Source: Microcystaceae cyanobacterium (GTDB lineage: Bacteria > Cyanobacteriota > Cyanobacteriia > Cyanobacteriales > Microcystaceae). Taken from it: DNA of 64,000 nt. The translations under genes and the position numbers were made by a program. Position 1 is the stretch's first letter, and the number at the start of each line of letters is the position of its first letter. The notes under the pieces are model-generated. The model saw nothing but the letters and a program-made list of their open reading frames with translations. It was not told the origin of the DNA and did no database searches. This document shows, one piece after another, positions 33,842 to 45,076 of the stretch. Location: positions 1-64,000 of the forward strand of contig JBGTGT010000084.1 in NCBI GenBank assembly GCA_041746575.1. Direction: 5' to 3'.

Positions 33842-34051
33842 ATGCAATCTTTCGATATTATTCATGATAGTCATGAAACTTTTTCTTATCTGACTAGGGA
33901 AGAGGTTTCAGTGGCATTTCGCGAAAGGGATTCCTCCCCAAATCCAACGGATGATCATTTTGATTTTTCCCTTTGGGCAAAAGCCGTAAAGAAACAAATG
34001 GTAGAATCTTTACAGCGACGCAATAAGGGCAATATTGGGACAAAACGCTGA
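33842..34051 (+). CDS. Small hypothetical protein downstream of the glutamine riboswitch
   Basis: 69-aa ORF with SD GAGG, directly behind the riboswitch; amphipathic FDFSLWAKAVKKQM helix. Confidence 0.7.
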   Translation: MQSFDIIHDSHETFSYLTREEVSVAFRERDSSPNPTDDHFDFSLWAKAVKKQMVESLQRRNKGNIGTKR

Positions 34052-34082
34052 TCAATATGGATAAAGCGGTAATCTCCTGTTT

Positions 34083-35054
34083 TTAACCTCGGATGATACA
34101 ACGAAATCCCAAATGACAGGTAGAAGTATCGACGGCTTGGGGCATTCTAGCGGCAGGACGATAACGACGGCAATAGCTAGGCGCACACAAAAAGGAGCCA
34201 CCTTTTGTAACTCGTCGTGGAATGCGAATATCGGGCAGACTAGGGTCATAACTGTTTTCTACTGTACCTCCTCTCGGATTATCGAGGGTACAACAAGAAC
34301 TTTTTTTGAGGTTCTTATGTTCTTGATACCAGTCGCTTGTCCATTCCCAGATATTGCCAATCATGTCATAAAGCCCATAACCGTTGGGGGGAAATACGCC
34401 GACAGGAGAAGTTCTTTCATAACCGTCGTCACAGGTATTTTCGTGGGGAAATGCTCCTTGCCACGTGTTAGCCATCATTTTTCCTTTGGGGTGTAGTTCG
34501 TCACCCCAAGCGAATTCATTCCCTTTTTGTCCTCCTTGTGCCGCATATTCCCATTCTGCTTCTGTGGGTAAGTCTTTGCCTATCCATTGGGCATAAGCTT
34601 GGGCATCTTCATAGGCAATATGGACAACAGGATGCTTTTCTCTGCCTTTAATTGAACTGCCTTTACCTTCAGGATGTCGCCAATTTGCCCCCGTAATGTA
34701 ATGCCACCATTGATAATGATTCTCTGTCGAAATGGGGCGGTCAGGTTTAATAAAAACAATAGAAGAAGGTTGTAATAATTCAGGTTTTGCGCCGGGATAA
34801 TCATCAGGATTAGCGGGACGTTCAGCAAGCGTTGTATATCCTGTTGCTTTGACGAACTTTTGGAATTGGGCATTAGTGACCAAATAGCGATCTAGCCAAA
34901 ATCCGTTTACTTTAACTTTATGGGCAGGAGATTCTTCTGCATAGTGACGATCTGAACCCATTAAGAATACACCTTCGGATATCCAGACCATCTCTTTGGC
35001 AGGAGGACGACTAGAAGAGGGGGTGTTTGAACTTAAAGTGGGGCTTTTACTCAC
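34083..35054 (-). CDS. Formylglycine-generating enzyme (SUMF1) family protein
   Basis: FLMGS, LPTEAEWEYAA, YDMIGNIWEW, KGGSFLCAPSYCRRYRPAAR with the catalytic Cys pair. Confidence 0.88.
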   Translation of the reverse strand: MSKSPTLSSNTPSSSRPPAKEMVWISEGVFLMGSDRHYAEESPAHKVKVNGFWLDRYLVTNAQFQKFVKATGYTTLAERPANPDDYPGAKPELLQPSSIVFIKPDRPISTENHYQWWHYITGANWRHPEGKGSSIKGREKHPVVHIAYEDAQAYAQWIGKDLPTEAEWEYAAQGGQKGNEFAWGDELHPKGKMMANTWQGAFPHENTCDDGYERTSPVGVFPPNGYGLYDMIGNIWEWTSDWYQEHKNLKKSSCCTLDNPRGGTVENSYDPSLPDIRIPRRVTKGGSFLCAPSYCRRYRPAARMPQAVDTSTCHLGFRCIIRG

Positions 35055-35147
35055 AATTTACTCCTTCGTTTTTAAGCAGATGTTTACATCTGTTTTTTGA
35101 TAATATCTATTTTAGCAATATTATAACCAATAAACAATTAATACTTT

Positions 35148-37160
35148 CTAAGGAGACCGTTGTCCTAATAATTTATCCCGTAACTGTTTGATGCGATCGC
35201 GATATTTAGCGGCTTCTTCATATTCTAAGTTCTTAGCAGCCTCTTTCATTTTAATTTCAAGTTGTTCAATCAGTTCAGGCACTTTTTCTAGAGGTAAATC
35301 GGCAGATTTATCATAAATTTCTTCGAGTTGTTGAGCATTTAGACGGCGGGAGATATCGAGGAAAGCAAGAATAGAATTGGTCGATTTTTTGACAATCGAT
35401 TGGGGCGTAATACCGTGTTTTTGATTATATTCCATCTGAATTTTGCGTCGTCTTTCTGTTTCGTCAATTGCTTTAATCATGCTATCTGTCAAATTATCTC
35501 CGTATAAAATGGCTTGTCCTCGAACATGGCGTGCTGCCCGTCCAATGGTTTGAATTAAAGAGCGTTCTGCCCGCAAAAATCCTTCTTTATCTGCATCTAA
35601 AATAGCCACTAGAGACACTTCAGGTAAATCTAATCCTTCCCGCAGTAAGTTAACACCAATTAGGACATCAAATTCCCCTTCTCTGAGGGCTTGTAAAATT
35701 TCAATGCGTTCAATAGATTTGATCTCTGAGTGCAAATATTGTACTCGAACCTCTCTTTCTTGAAAATATTCGGTTAAATCTTCTGCCATTCGTTTTGTTA
35801 AGGTAGTAATCAAAACCCGTTCGTTTCGTCTTACTCGTTCTTTGATTTCTCCTAACAAATCATCCACTTGTCCTTCGGTTGGGCGGACAAAAATTTCTGG
35901 ATCTAAAACTCCCGTTGGTCGAATAATTTGCTCAATAATATGATCTTGAGATTGTTCAATTTCCCATTGACCGGGGGTAGCTGAAACAAAGATACATTGA
36001 TTTACTTTTTGCCAAAATTCCTCTGACTTGAGCGGACGATTATCTGCCGCACTGGGTAAGCGAAATCCATGATCAATTAAAACTTTTTTACGAGCTTGAT
36101 CGCCATTATACATCCCTCTTAATTGGGGAACTGTCACATGGGATTCATCGACAATAAGTAACCAATCTTTTGGAAAATAATCAATTAAACATTCAGGGGG
36201 TTGCCCCGCTTGTCTACCTGCTAAATGACGAGAATAATTTTCGACACCATTACAATATCCCACTTCTTGCAACATTTCTAAATCATAACGCGTTCGTTGA
36301 CTGAGGCGTTGTGCTTCTAATAGTTTACCGGCTTTTTCTAAGCTTAACATTTGCTCCTCTAATTCAGATCGAATCGCTTGACAGGCGTCTTCTAGTTGGT
36401 CATCTGGGGTTACAAAGTGGCGCGCGGGATAAATATTGATGGCTTCTAAACTGCTTAAAATTTCTCCTGTGATCGGATCAAGATAACGAATGGCATCAAT
36501 TTCATCGCCAAAGAATTCAATCCGAATCACTCGATCTTCGTAGGCAGGAACAATTTCTAGAACATCCCCTTTGACTCGAAATCTTGCCCGTTGCAATTCA
36601 ATATCATTGCGAGTGTACTGAATATTAACTAAAGACCGCAATAAGCGACGCTGATTGATTTCTTGTCCGACGGATAAGGCGACCGATGCTTTTAGATATT
36701 CTGAGGGAATTCCTAAGCCATAAATGCAACTAATAGAAGCAACCACAATAACATCTTTTCGCTCAAACAAAGAACGGGTTGCTGAGTGACGCAGCATATC
36801 AATTTCTTCATTAATAGATGCTGTTTTTTCAATATAAGTATCGGTGACGGGAATATACGCTTCTGGTTGATAATAATCGTAATAACTAATAAAATACTCG
36901 ACGGCATTGTGAGGAAAAAATTGTCTTAATTCATTGCACAATTGTGCCGCTAGGGTTTTGTTATGAGCAAGAACAAGGGCAGGTTTGCCGATTTTTTCAA
37001 TGACAGAAGCGATAGTGAAGGTTTTACCCGTTCCCGTTGCCCCTAACAGCGTTTGCAAACGGTTACCTGCTGTTAACGATTGTACCAATTGAGCGATCGC
37101 ACTGGGTTGATCCCCAGTCGGTTGAAAGGGAGCTTGTAGGGCAAAAGGACGGTGCATCAT
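35148..37160 (-). CDS. uvrB: Excinuclease ABC subunit B
   Basis: [33 protein letters not shown] domain; start near 37160. Confidence 0.97.
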   Translation of the reverse strand: MMHRPFALQAPFQPTGDQPSAIAQLVQSLTAGNRLQTLLGATGTGKTFTIASVIEKIGKPALVLAHNKTLAAQLCNELRQFFPHNAVEYFISYYDYYQPEAYIPVTDTYIEKTASINEEIDMLRHSATRSLFERKDVIVVASISCIYGLGIPSEYLKASVALSVGQEINQRRLLRSLVNIQYTRNDIELQRARFRVKGDVLEIVPAYEDRVIRIEFFGDEIDAIRYLDPITGEILSSLEAINIYPARHFVTPDDQLEDACQAIRSELEEQMLSLEKAGKLLEAQRLSQRTRYDLEMLQEVGYCNGVENYSRHLAGRQAGQPPECLIDYFPKDWLLIVDESHVTVPQLRGMYNGDQARKKVLIDHGFRLPSAADNRPLKSEEFWQKVNQCIFVSATPGQWEIEQSQDHIIEQIIRPTGVLDPEIFVRPTEGQVDDLLGEIKERVRRNERVLITTLTKRMAEDLTEYFQEREVRVQYLHSEIKSIERIEILQALREGEFDVLIGVNLLREGLDLPEVSLVAILDADKEGFLRAERSLIQTIGRAARHVRGQAILYGDNLTDSMIKAIDETERRRKIQMEYNQKHGITPQSIVKKSTNSILAFLDISRRLNAQQLEEIYDKSADLPLEKVPELIEQLEIKMKEAAKNLEYEEAAKYRDRIKQLRDKLLGQRSP

Positions 37161-37396
37161 TAGGTTACGGAGATAACATTCTAGATAATTATCAACGGTA
37201 TGACAAAATTTTGCCAAAAGGATCGGCCTTGATAGTGAACCCTTATCTTTTTGATAATAAACTCCAAGCATAGAGAAGCTAAAAACATGGTAAGGTACAG
37301 AGAAGCAGAAAGTCTTAAAATAAAGTTAAGGCCGCTTTTTTTTCGATTACCTAATTAGCCCCTTAATTTAATCAATATTCGGGAGAAATTGTCATT

Positions 37397-37795
37397 ATGG
37401 TGGAAAAAACTGTAACAAACGGAACAGAAACCCAAGAAGCACCAAAAACAACCGCAACAACTTCTAAAACCACCACTAGAAGCACTAGAGCCAAGGATGA
37501 TAGCGAATCAATGGCATTATCCTTCAAGGAAGAGGCAGAGATTATTCCTTTGCCCGGAAATCGCCCTATTGAGTCTAGTCACCTAAACATTGTTAGTACC
37601 TATCATGCAGTAGGGGGAGATCGACCGGTGGTAGCTAGTGGTTTAGACATAAAAGAGATGATATCGGTTTCGGGTAATCGTCCCATCGTGGCGAGTCATC
37701 TACAAATCAGCGAAACTTATAAAGTGATGGGTAATCGTCCTGTTGCATCTAATGCAATTGATGATCCTCAAACCTTAATGGGATTCTTAGATTAA
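37397..37795 (+). CDS. Conserved cyanobacterial protein with GNRP repeats
   Basis: Four G(N/D)RP(I/V) units about 19-20 aa apart; SD GGAG. Confidence 0.7.
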   Translation: MVEKTVTNGTETQEAPKTTATTSKTTTRSTRAKDDSESMALSFKEEAEIIPLPGNRPIESSHLNIVSTYHAVGGDRPVVASGLDIKEMISVSGNRPIVASHLQISETYKVMGNRPVASNAIDDPQTLMGFLD

Positions 37796-37846
37796 ATCTA
37801 AGCACTTATTTATAAAGTGAATTATTAAGCTTATTTTACCCTGCTT

Positions 37847-37889
37847 GATCTCCTCCAATCTCCCTCAATAAGAGAGGCTGGGGGAAGAT
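37847..37889. repeat. Degenerate cyanobacterial REP-like palindrome
   Basis: GATCTCCTCCAATCTCCCTCAATAAGAGAGGCTGGGGGAAGAT imperfect inverted repeat. Confidence 0.35.
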
Positions 37890-38301
37890 AATTGTTCCTT
37901 GAGCAATGACCCTTTATTTTTCAGAGATCGGATGATAAATGGCTGCAATACGTGAGGGAAAGTTTTAATGAACTATTTCGATGCACACCGGTTTAGTTAC
38001 GGTGTAGTTTTAAGTTTTTAAGCGTACAAAAGCTTACTCAGTCAAGTTATCAAGGGTTTCATGTAATAAGAAAAACGATAGAGATTGAAGCTTTCGGCAA
38101 TGGTAACCCTATCAGTATTTGGCATTTATAAAAACAGGATTAAAATAAGCCCCCATTAAGATAGACACAGCACAAAAATAGAATACTAGAGGCTTCTTTG
38201 CAGTGCGCTCAATATTTTTTCTGTCTGACTAGATTTGCGGTGAAAGTTTATGATACTTTTAACTTAATTGTTATTTAATCTTTATCTTTTTTTACCCTGC
38301 A

Positions 38302-40197
38302 ATGAGCGACTTTTTCCTACAAAGCAGTTGGTTTATTCCCTTTTACGGTTTAATTGGTGCTATTTTAACGCTTCCTTGGTCACTGGGCGTGATTCGCAAG
38401 ACAGGTCCCCGTCCAGCGGCTTATATTAATATTTTAATGACCTTGGTGGCGTTTATTCACGGCGCATTTGCGGCTAATGCGATTTGGCAACGAGAAGCCC
38501 AACAATTGGTTTTTAACTGGCTATCGGTGGCGGATTTAGACTTACCCCTCGTGGTTGAACTTTCCCCCGTCAGCTTAGGGGCTTTAGCGGTGGTAACCGG
38601 TATTAGTCTAGCGGCACAGGTGTATGCCTTGGGCTATTTAGAGAAAGATTGGTCAATTGCTCGTTTTTATGGATTATTAGGCTTTTTTGAGGCGGCTTTA
38701 AGCGGAATTGCTTTGAGTGATTCTTTATTGCTGAGTTACGGCTTATTAGAGATGCTGACCTTCTCTACCTACTTGTTAGTCGGATTTTGGTATGCTCAAC
38801 CCCTCGTCGTCACCGCCGCTAGAGATGCTTTTTTAACCAAACGAGTCGGGGATATCATCTTATTAATGGGATTAGTAGCGTTATCAAGCTATGGGGAGGG
38901 ATTAACCTTCTCTCAACTCGAAAATTGGGCAGGTGGCTCCCCTGTTCCACCCTTAACTGCTGCGTTATTAGGTTTATCGCTGATTGCAGGTCCAACGGGC
39001 AAATGCGCACAGTTTCCCCTGAATTTGTGGTTAGACGAAGCAATGGAAGGTCCCAACCCAGCAGGAATTATGCGAAATTCCATTGTTGTGTCAGCAGGAG
39101 CTTATGTTTTAATTAAATTACAGCCCGTTTTTACCTTATCTCCCATTGCCTCTACCATACTCCTCATTTTAGGGTCTGTCACCGCCGTTGGTACGTCCTT
39201 GATGGCCATGGCGCAGATTGATATTAAACGGGCGTTATCTCATTCTACCAGTGCCTATTTAGGACTTGTTTTTATTGCTGTCGGGTTAGGTCATGTAGAT
39301 ATTGCCTTTTTACTGCTCTTTTCTCATGCTATTGCCAAAGCGTTATTGTTTATGAGTGTAGGGGCGATTATTCTCACTACCAGTAATCAAAATATCACGG
39401 AAATGGGCGGATTATGGTCAAGAATGCCCGCTACCACCTCATCTTTTGTTATTGGTTCTGCCGGATTACTCGCCCTTTTACCAATGGGGATGTTCTGGAC
39501 ATTTCAAAAGTGGTTTAATGGTTCTTTGGAGTTTTACCCTTGGTTATTTGTCTTAGTATTAATTGTCAATAGTTTATCTGCGTTTAACTTGACGAGGGTC
39601 TTCCGTTCGGTCTTTTTAGGAGAACCCCAAATGAAAACCCGTCGTACCCCAGAAGTCGCTTGGCAGATGGTCGTACCGATGGTTTCTTTAATGATTATCG
39701 CCCTGTTAGTTCCCCTAGTCCCCCTCAATTGGCCCTTATGGTTATCGCCTGTAACACCCGTAGTGGATAATCTGTCTCCCTTTGTGCCTTGGACAGTCCC
39801 ATTATTAATCGCTTCAGGAATGCTAGGATGTGGCATTGGGGCGTCGATTCAATTACAGCGTTATTGGTCAAGATCAACCCGTTTAACCCTACGATTTTTC
39901 CAAGATTTGTTTGCTTATGACTTTTATATGGATAAAATCTATGACGTTACCGTTGTTGCGGCGGTGGCAAATGTGTCTCGGTTAGCCGCGTGGATTGACC
40001 GTTATGTGGTAGATGGTACGGTTAATTTGGTGAGTTTAGCCACCCTTTTCAGTGGAAATGCTCTCAAATACAATACTTCAGGGCAATCCCAACTTTATAT
40101 CTTAACCATTCTCATCGGAGTGAGTTTATTAATTTGGTTTGTCGCCAGTGGTCAATGGTCGACGATTGTCAATTATTGGTCATCTTTTCTCAGTTAA
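38302..40197 (+). CDS. ndhF4: NAD(P)H-quinone oxidoreductase subunit F4 (CO2 uptake)
   Basis: MSDFFLQSSWFIPFYG start, TGPRPAAY, GKCAQFPLNLWLDEAMEGP. Confidence 0.8.
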   Translation: MSDFFLQSSWFIPFYGLIGAILTLPWSLGVIRKTGPRPAAYINILMTLVAFIHGAFAANAIWQREAQQLVFNWLSVADLDLPLVVELSPVSLGALAVVTGISLAAQVYALGYLEKDWSIARFYGLLGFFEAALSGIALSDSLLLSYGLLEMLTFSTYLLVGFWYAQPLVVTAARDAFLTKRVGDIILLMGLVALSSYGEGLTFSQLENWAGGSPVPPLTAALLGLSLIAGPTGKCAQFPLNLWLDEAMEGPNPAGIMRNSIVVSAGAYVLIKLQPVFTLSPIASTILLILGSVTAVGTSLMAMAQIDIKRALSHSTSAYLGLVFIAVGLGHVDIAFLLLFSHAIAKALLFMSVGAIILTTSNQNITEMGGLWSRMPATTSSFVIGSAGLLALLPMGMFWTFQKWFNGSLEFYPWLFVLVLIVNSLSAFNLTRVFRSVFLGEPQMKTRRTPEVAWQMVVPMVSLMIIALLVPLVPLNWPLWLSPVTPVVDNLSPFVPWTVPLLIASGMLGCGIGASIQLQRYWSRSTRLTLRFFQDLFAYDFYMDKIYDVTVVAAVANVSRLAAWIDRYVVDGTVNLVSLATLFSGNALKYNTSGQSQLYILTILIGVSLLIWFVASGQWSTIVNYWSSFLS

Positions 40198-40217
40198 TGG
40201 GGCTTGCCTCATGATGC

Positions 40218-40727
40218 CTAATCGGGGGTTGAAACTTTGAGCAAATGGCTCATCTGCTCTACTAAATCGCGACGAGGGAAGGGTTGATGGGGAATAGTGG
40301 GACGCTCTAGATACCGTTTCAGTCCTTCTCGTACCTGTTGTCGAATAACATTTTGTAGCTCATCTTTTGCGTATTGGCGTTGATAGTTCGCCCCTTCTTC
40401 TGAGGTGGCATAAAGGGGAGGAAGACGATTCAGGGCATAGGCAGAGACATCCCCCACGTCAGGAATTTGACCATTTTCGCTTTCCAGTTCGCCGAGGCAA
40501 AGAATAACTTCACTCACCACTAATTCTTCCATAACATTAACGAATTGTTTGCGGGGCATGGCAGTGACTTCCCCAGTCAATAATGCCCCCATCAGTCTGT
40601 CTAGTGCAGTATATTCTTCGATAGAGAGTTCGGCGGCCATTTCACAGATGCGCCCCACCTCTGCCTCCATCATCGGCGTTAAATAGCCTTCTACTAAAGC
40701 TTGTTCTACAATTTCTTGAATCGTCAT
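40218..40727 (-). CDS. ComFB-family protein (cyclic-dinucleotide receptor family)
   Basis: NVMEELV...DVSAYALNRLPPLYAT; downstream of hfq; probable ATG 40727. Confidence 0.85.
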   Translation of the reverse strand: MTIQEIVEQALVEGYLTPMMEAEVGRICEMAAELSIEEYTALDRLMGALLTGEVTAMPRKQFVNVMEELVVSEVILCLGELESENGQIPDVGDVSAYALNRLPPLYATSEEGANYQRQYAKDELQNVIRQQVREGLKRYLERPTIPHQPFPRRDLVEQMSHLLKVSTPD

Positions 40728-40800
40728 TCGATTAATTTCCCCTAATTCGCATAGCCTTAACTCAGCGTTCCCACTGCATGGCATTCAGGCAACATCCAGA

Positions 40801-41013
40801 TTACTTTTTTTCGGACAGATACATCAATGCCTGTCGCCAAATAATCTTTTCGTTGTTCTGTTGGTCTTGTAAGCACAAACACTGAGAATCTTGCCAAAGA
40901 ACTTTCCCGCTCAAGGTTTCACTGGATAGGGTTTTGATTTCAACCGTGCTTTGCTCTTTGATCATTTTTTGAATCAAGCGAACACTAGGTAAACCGGTAT
41001 TAAATTCTGTCAT
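40801..41013 (-). CDS. hfq: Cyanobacterial Hfq-related protein
   Basis: FNTGLPSVRLIQ...GKVLWQD...IWRQALMY; divergent from dapF. Confidence 0.88.
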   Translation of the reverse strand: MTEFNTGLPSVRLIQKMIKEQSTVEIKTLSSETLSGKVLWQDSQCLCLQDQQNNEKIIWRQALMYLSEKK

Positions 41014-41131
41014 GTTGTCCTACTGAATTAAACGATCGTTCTAAAGTTCATTATCTAAGACCCTTGCCGAGTTTGACCCTTGTCATTGATAATTATTGAT
41101 ATTTGCCCTTCGCGTCACAGGAGTTATAGGG

Positions 41132-41986
41132 ATGAGCCTGGCATTTACCAAGTATCAAGGATTAGGCAATGATTTTATTTTGGTCGATAATCGTCAGCAG
41201 GAGACACCCTTGATTTCTGCCGAACAAGCCATACAATTGTGCGATCGCCATTTTGGGATTGGAGCAGATGGGGTGATTTTCGTGCTTCCTGCTACGGAAA
41301 TAGCAGATTATACCATGAGAATTTACAATTCTGACGGTTCAGAACCAGAAATGTGCGGGAATGGCATTCGTTGTTTAGCGCGTTTTGTCGCAGATTTGGA
41401 AGGGAAGGCAGAAATCGGTAAATCCTATCGCATTCAGACCTTAGCGGGGATCATGATGCCCAAACTAGAAGAAAATGGTCAAGTTACGGTAGATATGGGA
41501 ACACCATGCTTGCAAGCAGCAGAAATTCCCACCACCTTAGGGAATCCAGATGACAAAATCATTAACTATCCTCTAAGCGTTGCAGGACAAAATTGGCAGG
41601 TAACCTGCGTCAGTATGGGCAATCCTCACTGTATCACCTTTGTCAACGAGGTTGAGCATCTTGATTTAGCCACCCTCGGCCCTCAATTTGAACATCATCC
41701 CCATTTTCCGCAACGCACTAATACAGAATTTATTGAAGTCGTTCACCCCAATTACCTAAAAATGCGGGTTTGGGAAAGAGGCGCGGGAGCGACCTTAGCC
41801 TGTGGCACTGGGGCTTGTGCCGCCGTTGTCGCAGGAGTTTTAACACAGAAAAGCGATCGCCATTGTACAGTAGAATTGCCGGGGGGATGTCTAAACATTG
41901 AATGGTCAGAAAAGGGTCATCTCTACATGACCGGCCCCGCTAAGGCGGTTTTTGAGGGAAATCTTGTGGTAAACAGTAATCAGTGA
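41132..41986 (+). CDS. dapF: Diaminopimelate epimerase
   Basis: [36 protein letters not shown]. Confidence 0.96.
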   Translation: MSLAFTKYQGLGNDFILVDNRQQETPLISAEQAIQLCDRHFGIGADGVIFVLPATEIADYTMRIYNSDGSEPEMCGNGIRCLARFVADLEGKAEIGKSYRIQTLAGIMMPKLEENGQVTVDMGTPCLQAAEIPTTLGNPDDKIINYPLSVAGQNWQVTCVSMGNPHCITFVNEVEHLDLATLGPQFEHHPHFPQRTNTEFIEVVHPNYLKMRVWERGAGATLACGTGACAAVVAGVLTQKSDRHCTVELPGGCLNIEWSEKGHLYMTGPAKAVFEGNLVVNSNQ

Positions 41987-42185
41987 ACCTGTAATGCAGT
42001 CTCAAAAATCGCCCAGACTAAACTGAACGCTACAAAGATCGAGTCCTTCCTAAGCTACAATTTATTAAGAAACGTTGCGCCTATTGACTGATCGGCCAAA
42101 GTATTCTCTGCCTTAGTTGAATCTAAATTATCTTAGAGCCTCACACGCTTAACCTTTAATGTTAAATTGTCAGCAAAAATTGCTT

Positions 42186-43979
42186 ATGTCTCTTCCCATT
42201 CGTAACGTCGCTATTATCGCCCACGTTGATCACGGCAAAACTACCCTTGTAGATGCCCTACTTAAACAATCTGGTATCTTTCGTGAAGGGGAGGAAGTTC
42301 CCGACTGCGTGATGGACTCCAATGACATCGAACGGGAGCGAGGCATTACAATTTTATCGAAAAATACAGCCGTTCGCTATCAAGACACCCTCATCAATAT
42401 CGTAGATACCCCAGGCCACGCTGATTTCGGGGGAGAAGTCGAACGCGTTTTGGGGATGGTGGATGGTTGCATTCTCATTGTTGACGCCAATGAAGGTCCG
42501 ATGCCTCAAACCCGTTTTGTGCTGAAAAAAGCCTTAGAACAGGGATTACGCCCGATTGTAGTGGTTAATAAAATTGATCGCCCGAATGCTGACCCTGATG
42601 CCGCTATTGATAAAGTTTTTGACCTCTTTATTGAACTGGGTGCGGATGATGACCAATGTGATTTTACCACTCTCTATGCGTCGGGTTTACAGGGCTACGC
42701 CAAAGATAGCTTAGAAGAAGAAGGGGAAGATATGAAGCCCCTATTTGAAGCGATTTTACACCATGTTCCGCCCCCCGCCGGCGATCCCACTAAAACCCTG
42801 CAATTACAGGTGACAACCCTTGATTATTCTGAATATTTAGGTCGTATTGTGATTGGACGCATTCATAACGGTACCATTCGGGCAGGACAGCAGGCCGCTC
42901 TAGTCAAAGAAGATGGTAAAATTGTTAGAGCGAAAATTAGCAAATTATTGGGCTTTGAAGGCTTAAATCGAGTGGAATTACCCGAAGCCAGTGCTGGCAA
43001 TCTTGTCGCTGTAGCCGGCTTTGCAGATGCGAATATTGGGGAAACCATTACGACCCCCGATGACCCTCAAGCGTTACCCTTAATTAAGGTGGATGAACCC
43101 ACCTTGCAAATGACCTTTTCGGTTAATAATTCACCTTTTGCTGGACAAGAGGGCGATTTTGTGACTTCTCGTCAGATTCGTGACCGTTTAACGCGGGAAT
43201 TAGAAACCAACGTAGCTTTACGGGTGGAAGAAGGAGAATCAGCCGAACAATTTCTTGTATCAGGACGAGGTGAACTTCACTTAGGTATTTTAATCGAAAA
43301 TATGCGACGGGAAGGCTATGAGTTCCAAGTTTCTCAGCCACAGGTCATTTATCGTGAAGTGAATGGTCAACCCTATGAACCGTTTGAGTATTTAGTCTTG
43401 GATGTACCCGAAGAAGCCGTCGGCAGTTGTATTGAAAGACTGGGACAACGAAAGGGAGAAATGCAGGATATGCAAACGGGAACAAATGGACGTACGCAAT
43501 TGGAGTTTATTATCCCGGCACGGGGTTTAATTGGCTTCCGAGGCGATTTTATCCGCATTACGCGGGGTGAAGGGATTATGAACCATAGTTTTTGGGAATA
43601 TCGTCCTCTCGCCGGTGACTTGGAAACGCGTTACAATGGGGTGATTATTGCTTTTGAGGAAGGGGTTTCCACCTTCTATGCCATGAAAAATGCTGAAGAT
43701 CGCGGCGTTTTCTTTATAACTCCCGGTACTAAGGTGTACAAAAGCATGATTGTCGGTGAACATAACCGTCCTCAAGATTTAGAATTAAATGTGTGTAAAA
43801 CCAAGCAATTAACCAACCATCGTTCGGCAACCGGAGATGAATTAGTTCAATTGCAAGCACCTGTTGAAATGAGCTTAGAACGCGCTTTAGAATACATTGG
43901 CTCTGATGAATTAGTCGAAGTCACCCCAGAGTCCATTCGACTGCGAAAATTACCCGCTAAGAAATTAGCAAAACGTTAA
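42186..43979 (+). CDS. typA: Translational GTPase TypA/BipA
   Basis: [29 protein letters not shown]. Confidence 0.97.
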   Translation: MSLPIRNVAIIAHVDHGKTTLVDALLKQSGIFREGEEVPDCVMDSNDIERERGITILSKNTAVRYQDTLINIVDTPGHADFGGEVERVLGMVDGCILIVDANEGPMPQTRFVLKKALEQGLRPIVVVNKIDRPNADPDAAIDKVFDLFIELGADDDQCDFTTLYASGLQGYAKDSLEEEGEDMKPLFEAILHHVPPPAGDPTKTLQLQVTTLDYSEYLGRIVIGRIHNGTIRAGQQAALVKEDGKIVRAKISKLLGFEGLNRVELPEASAGNLVAVAGFADANIGETITTPDDPQALPLIKVDEPTLQMTFSVNNSPFAGQEGDFVTSRQIRDRLTRELETNVALRVEEGESAEQFLVSGRGELHLGILIENMRREGYEFQVSQPQVIYREVNGQPYEPFEYLVLDVPEEAVGSCIERLGQRKGEMQDMQTGTNGRTQLEFIIPARGLIGFRGDFIRITRGEGIMNHSFWEYRPLAGDLETRYNGVIIAFEEGVSTFYAMKNAEDRGVFFITPGTKVYKSMIVGEHNRPQDLELNVCKTKQLTNHRSATGDELVQLQAPVEMSLERALEYIGSDELVEVTPESIRLRKLPAKKLAKR

Positions 43980-43996
43980 ACTAAAGGTTAGGGTTT

Positions 43997-44022
43997 AGGG
44001 TGGGCTAGTCCCACCTTAATTA
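43997..44022 (+). terminator. Intrinsic terminator after typA
   Basis: GGTGGG-CTAGT-CCCACC followed by an AT-rich tail. Confidence 0.55.
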
Positions 44023-44072
44023 TTATTAGCGAGCATTAATTTAGACCTAAACGTAGAGTAAAGTTTTCATTT

Positions 44073-44170
44073 AAACGATCTAAAAGTTGGACGCTAATCA
44101 TCGAGAGAGAGCGTATTAATATTAGTCATTATCTCGAAAATAGTCCAAGTCTTCATCGTTTTTTAGCGTT
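44073..44170 (+). pseudogene. DUF29-family gene remnant
   Basis: Reads KRSKSWTLIIERERINISHYLENSPSL, matching the DUF29 'RSxSW...SPSL' core; no start or N-terminus. Confidence 0.5.
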
Positions 44171-44171
44171 A

Positions 44172-44870
44172 TCAAGACGTTGCTGAGGCATCTTGTTCTT
44201 TTTGTAAGCGTTTTTTCCGTTCAGCTTCTAGAGTGTCTTCAATCACCTGTAACAATTGAGACATTTTCTCTAAATTGCCGCGATAAAGTTCTAAGTCTTT
44301 TTTGAGCTTATCATCGGACAGTTTCAGGGTTTGTGATAGTTTTGCAAGGGCTTCTTCTCGTTTTTCTGTGCTTTTAATTAATTCTGGATCAATATCTATT
44401 AAAACCGTGTAAAGTCCAATGGCAAAAAGACGACTATATTTAAACTGTTCTTTCTGAGCAACTCCTCGCAAAACTTGAATTAACTCATTATCAGACACTT
44501 CTGAGGCGTTATCCCCAATATTAGAAAGAAAATTTTCAACTGACATTCCTTTTGCCAAATTAAGAATTCTTTCGGCATCTTGACGATATTGGTTGGGATT
44601 TCCCCCAACAGATTGACAAAGGGCATTGAAGATAGATTCTCGGTCATTTTCGGGTTGATAGCCTTGCATAAACTTCTCAAAAGAGGTGACAATTCCCAAG
44701 GCATAAAGCGAATCATAGGTAAAATCTGCATTTACTGACAGTAAGTGCATTTCCACCATTAACTCTTCTACCACCCGTCGATAGATAGAATTGATAGGAC
44801 GGGTATGAAGGCGATAAAACTCACGTTTAGTGTCCGAAACAGTCCGAATTGCATCCACAACGTTACTCAC
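44172..44870 (-). CDS. psb29: Photosystem II biogenesis protein Psb29/THF1
   Basis: RTVSDTKREFY...RPINSIYRRVVEELMVEMHLL, YSRLFAIGL. Confidence 0.93.
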   Translation of the reverse strand: MSNVVDAIRTVSDTKREFYRLHTRPINSIYRRVVEELMVEMHLLSVNADFTYDSLYALGIVTSFEKFMQGYQPENDRESIFNALCQSVGGNPNQYRQDAERILNLAKGMSVENFLSNIGDNASEVSDNELIQVLRGVAQKEQFKYSRLFAIGLYTVLIDIDPELIKSTEKREEALAKLSQTLKLSDDKLKKDLELYRGNLEKMSQLLQVIEDTLEAERKKRLQKEQDASATS

Positions 44871-45076
44871 AAGTGTCTCTATAGCGTTTTATTAAGGGTG
44901 ATCCTATTGTCCCTTGTCCTGTCCCCTTTGCCAAGCTCTTTAATAATCAGGCATGAGAGGACTCGATGAGATACATGATTGATTGTAGTGATTGTTGATT
45001 GAGATGGATGATATTAACTCGCAATTTGCTGTAATCGTAACCTCAAATCCTCATTAGACCTCTTAATCAATAAAAC

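Noticed and set aside
43999..44015. GGGCTAGTCCC shared between the typA terminator and the MITE hairpin
   Set aside because: The match is only 11 nt and partly palindromic, and no TIRs lie near typA.
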